The notes below the pieces were generated by a model, which searched no databases, was not told where the DNA came from, and worked only from the letters and a program-made list of their open reading frames with translations. A stretch of DNA of 64,000 nucleotides from Stylophora pistillata (Eukaryota): positions 384,156-448,155 of the forward strand of contig NW_019217892.1 in assembly GCF_002571385.2 (NCBI RefSeq). Reading direction: 5' to 3'. Shown here one piece after another: positions 25,561-38,100 of this stretch (positions are counted from its first letter, which is position 1; every line of letters starts with the position of its first letter). The translations under genes and the position numbers were made by a program.

Positions 25561-26802
25561 AGACTGAGATGGGACTGGAGGACAATCTCTAAGCACAAAG
25601 AAAACAGCAATATAATATTAATAGTTTATTAAGGTTTTATTCACAAGAAATAAGCAAATGACTGCAAACTTTTAATAGTTATTTCCAACATTGTTTTTCG
25701 ACATAAAAAGGCAAGGATTATTACAGAGCATATAATTTTAGTGATTTTTATGTCTCACAGTACACAGCATTTTATTGATAAGCCAGATTACAAAAAACAA
25801 AAAGGTTGATGACTGAAGTTCTCTTCCATGACGTGCACCACATCCAGAATGGTTGCACCACTAGCATAAACACACTCACGACTGTAAACTTAAGTTCACT
25901 TACAATGTAGGTCACTAAAAGCTAGAACTCAAAACTGGAAGGAATAAGACAATCAAAAATGAAATATTTGAAATGCTTCCATAAATGCTTACAGAAATCT
26001 ATGTGTGTCTCTCTCTATGTTTGATTCTATAAACACCACAACATACTCTGCCTGAAATCACACACAACACTCATTCCAAAGCTTCCATACTACCTTCCTA
26101 TGGGCTAAGCAAACAGAAAACAAAGGGTGAAACCTAATAGGGTGAAAGCTAACCAAGAATATCTGATAAGCGTTCACCTTTCCAAATCTGCTGGGAAAAG
26201 GAAATCTACACTTGAGTAGTACAAGCCTGACTTTCTGTTCACATCTCACCTCTGTCAAATCTTAACTCAAAAATTCACTGCAACAGCCAAACCAACCCAG
26301 TCTTTCTGATTCTGGAAACAGGTATCTTCCATTCCTGAAGACAGGTTTTACACACTGTACAGCTTGCTTTGTGATTCAGAGAATTTTGTGTCTCTAAATT
26401 CCAAATTCATCAGTTTAGCGGTGGTGTAATTGTTCATTTCTCTTGAATTTTTGGATTTATTGTAAATCCCAAGTAGTATTTTAACAATGACAGGAGTCTA
26501 ACTTTATTTTAGTCACTTACCGTGAGGCAATTTTCAAAAGAAACTTCATTCTAAGATCTTACAAGAACAAACGAGCCAAGAAGTGAAGTTGTAAGAGAGA
26601 CATCACAGTATGCATTAACAGAAAAAATAAAAGATTAGAGCAAGCAGATGGGACAAAGACATATATGGCTCAAAATTATGTTGATAGAGTTAACTGTCAT
26701 CAATTCTAACCGCAGAGAGATGGTATGCAAGGGAAACTAGCAGTCTTCTTGGCACTGCTAATATTTAACTAGTCACATTCTCCTAGATCTGACTTCCAAC
26801 TA

Positions 26803-29724
26803 TTATATCTCTCCCTCATCTTCCTCCATGTTTTCCACCCCTACTGCTTGTCTCTCTTCCTGAACATTCCTCTCCTCTTTAACCCCATTCTCAGGATCTT
26901 TACTCTCACTTTTCTTTCTTTGTCTCCCAGATACTTCTTCTGGACTCTCCCCCTTCATTTCCACATCCCCACCACCATCTGCGCTTTCAACTCTTCCCCC
27001 CTTACTCTCAATCTCACCCTCATTAGATACAGACAACCTTGCATTCTTCATTTGCTCTTCTTCTAGTTCTTGTTCCTCTTCTATTTCTGCTCTTCTTTTA
27101 GCCATTGCTCCTGAAAACAAGAATTAAACAGTTAGTGTTTGACGATGACACTAAAGTCATCAAAAGGCAAAAACAAATTGTGTTATTCCAGTTCCCCTGC
27201 ATGTAACCTTCAAAACATTAATTTTCATCCTTGATTATACATTGAAAGGGAGACAGGGGTTGGTGGAGTTCAGTTCTACAAACCAATTAGGGTATGATAA
27301 TGGAGCAGTGTCTTCCTGATGCAAAGAACTAGGCGTGCTTTAACCGTTTACAAGCTGATGTCAGTATGCATATTCTCCACACTGTTCTCTACACATTTCT
27401 TAATGTGCTGACAAGGACCCCTCAACATGGAGCCCAGTTGGTTAGCATTAAGCCGTGGTGTTTCCCACTAATTACAAGGAAGTAATCTTTAAAAGGGACT
27501 GAAAGGCCATTGAGGGAAATAAAAATGGGAGAATAACAAAAAAAATTACTTTTCACAGTTCTTGTAGATTCCTCCAAGAGTTTCTGCGTCTTGTCATTGT
27601 GTTTGGCTGGAAGGTAGAAGATGGGAGGATTGGCTTTGGTCATGATGAAGTGACTCAATTTTTCACCATGTTTATCCCATTCTTCTTGCTGCAAAAAAAA
27701 AAAAAAAAAGAAAAAATTTTTTTTTAGCTGCCAAGTCAGACAGACTAAGTATTGGATGCCAGCCAATTACTGGGTAAGATGCAGAGGTGTTTTCCTCTTG
27801 CTGACTACCCACAATGTGCTCAACTTCATTTCTGTCAACTCTCGCAATCACAAAAAAAAACAAAAAATTAGATTTCCATTTTGGAAATAACACTCCATCT
27901 CTTTCCACCATAATAGTTTCTTTCTTGAAAAAATAGAACTAATCAAGCCAAATAAAAAAGCCAAATAAAAAAACCAAATGGTATATTTGTAGGGAGATCC
28001 AGTCTTGAGGAAAATTCACAAGTTTGGATAGGATTTTTTTTTCCTTACCAATTCAGCCATATCAACTTTTCTCTGTAACAATCGAAGTTCTGCTTGCTTT
28101 GCTCTTCTTTCTGTGAATAATTCTTTTCTTTGAGAAGACAGTTCTTCTTTCTCTTTCTGTTCAGCTTCTTCAAGCTTCTTGTTGATTTCCTCTCTCCTTA
28201 TTTCCTTTTAAAAATAAAACAGCAGAAATCCTTGCCAGATAAGTTGTTACATTCCGTCATCCACAGACCAATAAAAAAGCTTTGTACAAGACTGACCATT
28301 TTGATTAAAGATATTTCTCTTACATTGGTGAAACTGTGTGAAATTACCTTCTCTGTTTTCTGAGCGCTGTCATCTTTGAACCTTTGTAGAGTTCCCAACA
28401 GCATGCCGAACATTCTCTTATTTCTGAAAATGAACAATTCATTTCAGACATCTCAGATCAACAAAAGTAAACCATGTTCACCTTGTTGGAAGTCCCACAC
28501 CTTACAGAAATGATAACTTTTGCTCACAAAATACAGTAAAGAAAAAGTATTGATAGAGTTAAACAATCATCTGAGAATTGGCGATTTTCAACCAACCTTG
28601 ACTTGGTTTTGTCATCTGTTTTTGTGATGGCGTCTCTCTTGAGGCGAGATGGTGTGGGTGTGGCTACAACTGATGACTGGATAGCAGGCTACCAGAAGCA
28701 AAACAATTGTTTTCACAAGATGACTTACAAAAGAAAAATAAATAAATAAAAAAAAAATAAGAAAACAGCATGAACATTTTGTTCAATTGAAAGCTGTTTT
28801 CATTTTTTTTTAAGCATTAACTATCTTAATTCCTTCATTGCATTCCGTCTCCTATTGGATTTTTTCCCTATTCCCTATCTTAGAAAATTGATGTTTTGTA
28901 GTTCCCTACATGTAGCACCTATATTGTTTTGCAAATTGTAAAAAAAAAAAAAAAATTAATCTAGTACCATCAAAAGATATTATAACATAACCAATGTAAA
29001 GCGCGCACTCTGATTGGTCAATTTAGCATCCCCCATTTGCCCATGGGTGTATGCAGCTGACATGAGCAAATGCAAAGACTATTTTTCTGCATGAGCTTAT
29101 TTTTTCTGGTCACGTAAGATTTGTTAAATGAAAGGGAACTCTTTAGCTACAATGTATCAATGTTATGTTATAAAACAAATGGTGAATGCCACAGCGTACA
29201 CTATTGAGTTATGGATGCACTTGGGAGGTTTGCTAAGTACTCAAGAAGCTAGAGTTACTCTTGGCTATCGCCTCCCGCAACTCTTACGCTTCTTTCGTGC
29301 TTAGCAACCTCCCGCTTGCATCTATAACTCAATAGTGTATGCTGTGGTGTTTGCCATTTGTTAAATATCATAACGACCAGTGAGATTCAATCTTCCAGGC
29401 TTAAAGAAGAAAAGTATGATCTAAATTTACCTTATCTGTGTCATCCTCATCTTCTTCGCCTTCACTATCCAGACGCGAGGAAGGGCGGGTCAGCTCTTGT
29501 GAAGTCCTTGTTCTCACCACTCGGCTCCAGAGTCTAAAAACACAAAACGTATCCAGAAATTCAATCAAGTTCATATATAACTCACACAACTGGGAACTGT
29601 TATCTAAAATGTCCCAGGCATTTCATGAAGTTCAAAAGGACCTTTCAGCAAATCTTAAGACATCTCTGAGCCTTTTTTCCCCAAATAATGGTTTCATTTC
29701 AACTCAAAACTGCAAAATGACTGC

Positions 29725-29762
<38 letters not shown>

Positions 29763-31119
29763 CCTTTATTTATACACGATAATGTTTAAAGCTGAACAGC
29801 TTGTGGGGTAGTGTGTAAATCTAAATAAACTCTTAAATTAAATAAATTCAATAAATTCACTGCTATACAAATTTTTTTAGTTGCACTTCCAAAATTGCAC
29901 AATTTTTTGTCTGTAAACAGGATAGAACAAGGTGAGAGTTGCTTGCTAAAGATTTCAAAATAACTGACAGTTTTGGCTGACTAGGGACTCTTATTAACAG
30001 CCCTTAACAAATCATCTTGATCAGACTGACCTTCCCTGTGCACCAGTAGAATCACGTCGTTTAGTTGCTGGTCCTTGTCCAACTCCCATGTTCCTCTCTG
30101 TGAAGTCTCTCTTCAGTGACACTCGCCGTCCTGCCGCTGGCCTGTATCAAAGCATCACATTCTTATTTGAAATTGTTCTTCATTTTGACACTTACTCTAC
30201 AAATACTATGTGCAGGATTCTTTTCTCCTTGAACTATACTTATCAACCAGTTGTCTGCAGCTTGGTTGATGGAAAATTGTATGGCTAAATCAGGAATTAG
30301 ACTCCATTTTGACTCCTCATAGGAAAGATTCAGTTTTTCATGCATATCTCCATATTCATCACCAAACATGCAAATACCAAGAATAAATATCAGATAGATG
30401 CTTTCACTTGATGAAAAACCATATTGTCATGACCAGGTTATATGGATATGTGTAGCAGCTAGAAGGGAGGGTTGTGAAACAATTCTAGGCCTTAAACAAG
30501 ACATCTTTCATGTAGCCTGAAGGTGGGCAGGTGTATGGGGTTTTCCTGTAATTCACTTCAACAAATTTTAGCTCAAGTAAATCTCATCAACAACTAAATG
30601 GAAACTTGAGGTAAACAGCTGGTCCTTGAAATTTCATCTAGTTCTAAAGGCTGATAAACTTCTGTTTGCATCTCCCGCGGAACGGGTGAGTGGTTTTACG
30701 AAAAGGGTTTCCGATCTTGCAAAACCAGCTGTTTATTGTCGACAGCCGACAACTGCAGGTGATTTCACATTCCTTCTGACTTCCTGTATATTTCCAGGAA
30801 ACATTCTAAGCTTTGGTAACTTTAGGATAGCAACCGTGGACTGGGGTTAACCTAACCCTACTTAAAAATAGTAGTTCTACGAATGAACGAACTGTGAAAA
30901 CAAAGGGAAAGAGCAGAAAGAAGTAATTCGATGCATTTAAGTTGAAGGAAACTCTTCGCACAACAATGTTCGCGGCACTTACCTTTTATGAAAAAACCAC
31001 CTGCATTACCTGAACTCCGAAGGATCTCTACCAGTAAGTTTATTGATGTTTTCATCTACAGATTTCAGCCCTTCCCGAGCTAACTCCAGGTCACGGTGTA
31101 GCTCCGCCACAGTCGCCAT
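26803..31119 (-). CDS. PNN: Pinin (splicing/EJC-associated)
   Basis: MATVAELHRDLELAREGLKSVDENINKLTGRDP, PAIQSSVVAT, RNKRMFGMLLGTLQRF, ELFTERRAKQAELRLL, FIMTKANPPIFYLPAKH. Exons approx 31119-31010, 30143-30031, 29531-29431, 28688-28597, 28423-28348, 28197-28049, 27688-27550, 27111-26803. Confidence 0.93.
29160..29370. repeat. Long imperfect palindromic interspersed repeat
   Basis: Arms ACTATTGAGTTATGGATGCA..GGGAGGTTTGCTAAG and CTTAGCAACCTCCC..TGCATCTATAACTCAATAGT. Confidence 0.75.
29727..29760. repeat. (TAA)n microsatellite
   Basis: About 11 units visible. Confidence 0.95.
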
Positions 31120-31284
31120 CTTGCTTTTTCTCAGACGCGTGTCTTTTTGAGACCGTGATATAACTTGGTCAGCGGCATACTAATTCCAGTCTCCATGTTA
31201 AAAGTTTTTTTTATAGCTTTTTCTATCCTCAAGGAACGCCTTGCAGAAAATGGGTTATTGTGACCACTGCGTTCAAACATTGTT

Positions 31285-32113
31285 ATGAATGTAGGTATTA
31301 ATAGTTATTGTTCTTTGAGTTAGAGCTAATTTTTCTCGCAGCTATCGTAGGAATCAAATTTTCAAACTTAAACTATATTAATTTTTTGTGCCCCCGCATA
31401 CAGTTGAAAGATAACTTCATGCAAGCCAGATCTAGGGTAGTGTGAACTTGGAAGAGTTGCAGGGAAAATGGGAAATTTCGTTTTATCGCTCAAACGATAC
31501 GATATTTTTGGGGGTGATAGTGCCTATGGATATGCGAATCAGAAGGCCCAAGACCTCTTGAGGAAAGGAACTCGATAAAACAATTAAAAAAAAAAAAAAA
31601 ACTTTCATCTTCAAATACTCATGCAGTGGGAGAGAATTATTGCCAGCTGGGGTAAATGATCAATCATGCAGCACTTTTTTTTCTTCTCTTATTTATTTTT
31701 CATTTATCCTTGATCTAACAGGGAGATTGCTGATATGTAGATTGAGGATGTAACACATAATTACCATGGATGTTGTCTCCTTTACAGTTTTCATTTGTCA
31801 TTGACACACCACACACTTTCTCCTTAGTTGCTGTAGGGGAGACTACCATGGGTGTTACTATTATAATATTTTTTCATCTTCATGGAAATATCTAGAAAAT
31901 CAGAGTCATGAGTCAGGGCTTTTAAATGCTTAAATACAATATTCCATGGGGAATTAAGAGTACTAAACTGCATCCAAAATAAATACAACAAGAAAGATGA
32001 AAAAAGGCTGAAAGTTTCAAGAGAAACTGTGGTGCAGCCTGGGTGGGGGTAACAAGGTAATTTGGTTATATCAACTAAGTTGAAATTGTAAATTGGCCAC
32101 CGTAATGAGTAAA

Positions 32114-32148
<35 letters not shown>

Positions 32149-35100
32149 GCAAATGGAGGAATTGTGGGTTGTGTGTGGGTTTATATGCATAAAACGGAGC
32201 TAAGTTATGAGCTTGGAAAAGAAATAGAGAAAGATGTTTTTTGTCTTGTAAAGAGCATGGGACAAAGAAAAAACTCCGAGTTCCCACAAGGAATCGAACT
32301 ACAGACCTTTGGATTCTGCACTGTGAAGCTCTACTACTGAGCCAAAGAGACTCCATGGTGAGCAAGGCCCATTAGGAAGTTCATATATTACATGTGTCCT
32401 GCACACTTCCAGCAAAAAAAGTATAGGCTGGGAAACAGCTTGTGCGCTAACAAAGACATTACCCAAACCCAATCTGATTCTATTTCAGTGTTTGACAGCA
32501 TTAAGACCATGGAGAAATCTGGTTGCTAAAGGAGTAGCTGAAAGTATCGGCCCTGAGAGATCCTTCTACTCATGGCTCAACTTTGTCTTCAACAGGTAAA
32601 TGATGAGGGCTAAAAGAGCCAATAACTTTTCAGCTTTTAAAAATATGTTTTCGGTGTTATTTTTCATACACTTAGGAATACTGCAATAACCACTGTGGGA
32701 GTTTGTGTGTTTGTTCATTGTCAACAATGTCAGTAATATAAATATTGGTAGGAGACACAGTTGGTGTCAAAAGTGATAGATATTGAAATTAATGCTTACA
32801 ATCAGGAAACCACCCAAGTGAGATTTGTGCCCAATAATATTTTAATCATTGAAGGAAGAAATGCATTAAAATCATCTCTATGTGCTATATTATTTCAATG
32901 TTTTAGTATATACTAAGGCATCTATTCACCTCAGTGTCAGTGGTAAGGGATGGAAATTCACCTTGTGGCTTTGTCGTTAGGTGAATATCCGCTACTACCC
33001 ACCTCCTTTTTAGTGAATAGTTAATTATTTGGGTCATATTTTCGGTATGGTATATGATAAGATTACTTCTGTATGGTCAATGCATTTACTAACAGTTTAT
33101 AATACTTAGATAAAATGACACATACAATGGTTAACATCAAATGGTTGGTGAGTGATCTTGTCCAGTCCACTGTCCAAGGTCACTTTCATCTATCAGACCT
33201 TTACCAATTATGCAAGAAATGATACTCTGTAATTTTGTAATCTTTCAGAGTTGATGAAGAGCGTATTAAAGAATTTGGAGCAGACAGGTACTATAATCAA
33301 TAAAATCCAGCTACTGACTCCATTTTGTGGGTCTGAACTTGGAACAAATCCTCCTTGCAAAGTTGACTCCAGGATTATTATCCTTTAGTTAGTAAGAAAA
33401 TCTATAATTTAGAGCAGCTCAAGAGTAACAGAAATTCATTTTGTTTGAGTTGTTGTAAACTTTGTATTAGATGAAAAAATGTTTATTCTGCTGAAAATAC
33501 TTGACATATTTGGTTCAAATTCCCCAACCCACCCAGGCAAGGTTCAAATTACCCACCCCCTATTAATGGACAATTGCCAAATGCCTTTCTTTCTTTATCT
33601 ATTTGAGTGAATGTTTTCCCTTCACATGACATTTTATTTTTAAAGATTGTAATGACTGGTTTTTTCTTAAAGGAAAATCTTAATCTAATTCTTATCTTAA
33701 TTTGACTGCCTCCCGGTTAGCTCAATTGGTTAGAGCGCCGGATTGTGTTGCACGGGAGGTTGAGGGTTCGAGCCCTGGCCGAACCAATACTCATGGTNNN
33801 NNNNTGAGCTTCTCTGCGACCATCTCAGCTTTGCTGTGTTGTCAATCAATAGAGTACCTCGCCAAGGGATGCTGCCCATGTGCCAAGCAGCATTGTCATC
33901 GTAGGTGCAGCCCCACAGTTAAACTGTGGATATACCCGTGTTCAGGCTATAGGCATATATATATATTAATTTAAGAATATTCTCTCTTGCACTGTGTTAG
34001 TAGACTTCTTTATGGTATTTACCAACAGTACAAGACTAACTTGAAAAAAACCCACTAAAAGAAGGCACCCATTTACAGTACTTACAAACAGTACAAAACC
34101 CCACCAAAAGAGGGCAGCTATTTTTATGGTATTACACAGTAACAACATGTTGCAAGTTATTAACACTTACATTATCAACTTACGAAGCTAGTACTCCTTT
34201 GTTCAACAAAGCAGGGTTCCAACTCAATGAACCATAGATTACAATTCTGGGACACGTGTAATCTTTCTTTCAATGTCTTGTAGTAGATTGTTCACCTTTC
34301 GTGCTGGTATAACATTTATAAAGTTAAAAGGTGAATGTGTGGAAGATAAGGCATAGTGAAGTTTAAATACGAGTTTAATCAGTGGTGTTATCAATTTCAA
34401 AACCATCTGGAGAAAAAAAGTATTTGCCTGCATGTAAATTTTTTCCATGAAAGTTCTTTCATTTTCTTCAAATATCTCTTGTTTGTGTATCTCTTTGACA
34501 ACACCAAGAACCACTATCTGACCCTTGATCCTTCGCATCACTGGGCCACCTGAGCAACCAGGCCTGAGTGAGCAATGTAATGTCACTAGTGGCTCTTTAT
34601 AGAATTCTTTCTTGTACCCAGACACCTTGCCATCTACAAATAGCGCTGTTTCCCCCATATGGGTAGGTGGGTAGCCAAAACAGAAAACTGACTGGCCTAT
34701 TAATAAGTCTAAACAACTCAACTTAAATGGAAAAATTCCGGTGTCCTTAAAATTAAGCTTAGGACAGTGAAGTAAAGCTAAATCATTTTTAAAATCAACA
34801 TAAACATCTTTAGAGGGCAGTTGGTGAATGGCTTCATTAGAAATGAATACTCCGTACTTCTCCTTATCATTGAGATATTTTCGGAGCACATGTTCATTGG
34901 TAATAATTAAACCATCGCCGATGAGAAATCCAGTTCCATATGAAATCGTTGTTAGTTTTTTGGCCTCTTCATATTCCGTCAGAATGCCACCCCTTTCATC
35001 GTCAACGTTCTTTCTCTTTTCGGCATCGCCTTGTCCCGGTTTTGGGTATCTGTCAATCAGCTTTTTTTCATCAAACTCATCAATAGCAGACTTAATGTCA

Positions 35101-38100
35101 AAAATACTGAAGGTAGCCTCTCGGCTATTTCGTACATTAGGAAAGATATCAGTATCTTCTTTTAGAGTACCTGCAAAACAGTCTCTTACTCGACGTTCAG
35201 CCTCACTGCGAAAATATTCACGTTCTTTCGCGTCTTCGTATTCTTTCGTTAATTCAATCCACTTTTGGTCGATTGCATCCTTTAATTCTTTAGATCCATC
35301 CCCTTCATCGTCTGGATATTTGAGGAGTCGTCCTTCGTTATCAATCGCTTTAACGGCATTTAAAATGTCAGTGATAGTGTACCTCTCTCCTACCTTGTGT
35401 TTCAGAAGCCCCATATCACCGGCAAAGTTCCCAGCGAAGCAATCTCTCACTCTTCGCTGCGCTACAATCCAAGAATATTCGCGCTGTCCATTAGGGTCAA
35501 CTTTGGCTTCCTCCATCTCTCTGGAGACATCAGCTCTTCGTTTGTTGATCGTCGCATTCACTTGTTTTATTCCGGGGCCCTCCTCATTTCGGTACTTTTC
35601 AACGTACTTAACCTCGTCAAAATTAAGAAGCGCTTGATGAATTATATGGATGTCATATCTTTTCATCATCGAAATGTTATGTTTATTACGAACATCATAA
35701 AGCTTGAGAGGATCGAAAAGAATCCACGAGTCAAACCCGCGCGGAAAGGGACCCCCATAACAACCCCGCAATCGTATGAGAGCAGTCTTTCGATCGTATT
35801 CCTGAAGTTCTGCAAATCTGCAGATCTGGACCTTGACACAGGCATTCAAAGCTTTTCTGCCGTCGTCGCCCAGTACATCTTCGCTGTCCATGGTTTAATT
35901 TTCCGGATCTTACGTAAATTTTACTGAATCGGAATCTCTGGTATATACAAAGGCTCATAGTTTCACTTTCACTGCAAGAGCTAGGCCTGAGTTCGACAGC
36001 CGGACATGTGACTATGTGCACGTCACGTGATGTTAAGCCGCCTCGTCCCAGGCTATCCCGAAGCTGCGTTAAAAAGAAGGCATGCACAAATGAATCGATG
36101 TTACCCAGTTGCGTGCCAACTTCAGGCGGAAACTGTTAAGGAAAACGTGAGTTGTCACGCAAATAATAAAATTACGAAGAGAAATGGGAAAGGTCAATGG
36201 ATATCGGTAAAACGGTATTCAGCTGGTTATTTGCCTATTCGTTGTGAACTTTACCAAAAAAGCTATAGACTTTTCTAAAGGCCCGTTTTCGACACGCTTT
36301 AAACATTTCTTACGTTTTCAGCAATGTTGGACGACCTGTTCAAACGCACCGAACATTTGGTTCAACAATTCGTGTTGAATACATATTGAAGCAAATGTTG
36401 AAACCATTCAAACGGCCCTTAACAATGTGACCTTGAAATTCCGACCTTAATCGAACAAAACGGGCATACGTTGAATGGTTACCTTCTCTACTAGAAAATT
36501 ACCTCTGCTTTATTTTATTATGATTATTGAGAGCCAGTTCCTTTGTAAATTATCCAGAATCTGGACGTCAAATAATAATGACATCATTAGAAAGGAATTT
36601 TTTTTTGCTAGACACGGAAGTCAGTTCATTTTACATTTATCTCAGACGTCATGGATTTTCTGTAACTCCAAACACTAGTAGGCCCACGTTTTCAAGATTT
36701 GTACATTTGATGTTTGCATTAAACAGATAAGAAATTTTCTATTTAAGATTTGTAATGCCTGTAAAGGTAGATGTTTTCATAAATCCTTTCCTTTCCAGTC
36801 AACTAAAAAGTGCCATTTCATTTAAAAACTCAAAGTTTTGATTTTAATTATTAATTTGCCACAAACATTACGAGCAAGTAATGTCAAATCTGTCATTAAC
36901 TGAAGAAAAGAAATAAGCAATGTAGTGAGGAAGTTTAATTGGACCAACAGAAGCCAGAAGCTTAATGTGTATTTTAACTTACAGTAATGTGAGTTTAGCT
37001 GATAACTTTCTCATGGAAATACTTAAAATGAACAAGAGTGTACAATTTTTGCTCTTTAAGGGTAGCAGCTGAATGGATACTACGTTGTGGAGGAACTGTC
37101 AAATTTAAGAATTTTGAAAAGTGGATCCAGAATTATAATGCCATACCAGATGGACCCAAAGGGAAGTTTTCCCTGGAAGCAATTAGTGCCAAAGGAATAA
37201 GTGTAACCACTGGTGGTCTTCAGCACCTTGGTATTACTTGTACATCAATCCAGCCCCTTTAATTTTTTAACACTTTTATTTAACCCTTTGACCCATGAGA
37301 GTGATTAGCATCTAATTTCTCTCTAAAATATCAACCTCAAATCACATTAAGGTCAGTTCTTGATTGTTAAAAAAAATTGTTTTGTAAGTACCCTAGGAAA
37401 TGAACATAGGAACAGCATTGAGAATATGCATACTGATGTAAGGGTGTAAAAGCTAGAGGCCATTGTTGTCACAGTTTTTCCTAGTTTTGGTAACATGAAG
37501 CTACCAGGAGTAATAAGCTGCTCTCTCTGATAAGGGTTTTCAGTCTTTTGCAGGCTACTCGTAGCAGTTTGTCTAGCTTCCTCAACAGTTTGCTGGTACC
37601 CATTTGTACTTCTAAAAGGGCTGGAAAACTGTGAGAATGAAGTGTTTTTCTCAATAATACAACAAAATGATCTTACCAGGTCTGAAGTGCAGACCTCAGG
37701 CTCCACCATGTTTCCCAATATTTTCCTTTGTTAAAATTACAATAAAGATATTGACATGAAATAACTATTAGTGTCAGGCTTCTTTTTTTCACCCTCTTTT
37801 CATTGCCTCTTCTTTTATGGCCCCTTCCCCAATTCTTCCTTAATTTTCTAGTCTGTGATATCAATTTCCTTTCTTGAGAGCATGCATTTCAATCATCATC
37901 ACAATGTGCATCTCATTACCTTCTTTCAGATGGACTGCAGCACCTAAGACATCTGAATGTAAACAGCTGTGTGTATGTAACCAACATACAAAAACTTCTT
38001 CCTGTGAAAGGAAGTTTGGAGGAGCTGGACATCGGAAACTGTGTTGCATTATCAGATATATCACCACTCTTTGAATTTAAGTAAGTGAAGAAGGATTAGC

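Noticed and set aside
25440-25570. RNase P, group I intron or telomerase RNA assignment for the structured island
   Set aside because: The CR-I-like motif lacks its pairing partner, the R/S-like motifs are in the wrong order, and there is no CTAACCCT template
33706-33785. tRNA-like sequences (also at 3302, 4100-4177, 13560, 32280-32350)
   Set aside because: SINE heads: no proper acceptor stem, and they continue into shared repeat bodies
34828-35637. 269-aa plus-strand ORF (and similar ORFs at 35397-35927 and 40304-41214)
   Set aside because: Antisense shadows of the protease genes; Ser/Phe-rich with no motifs
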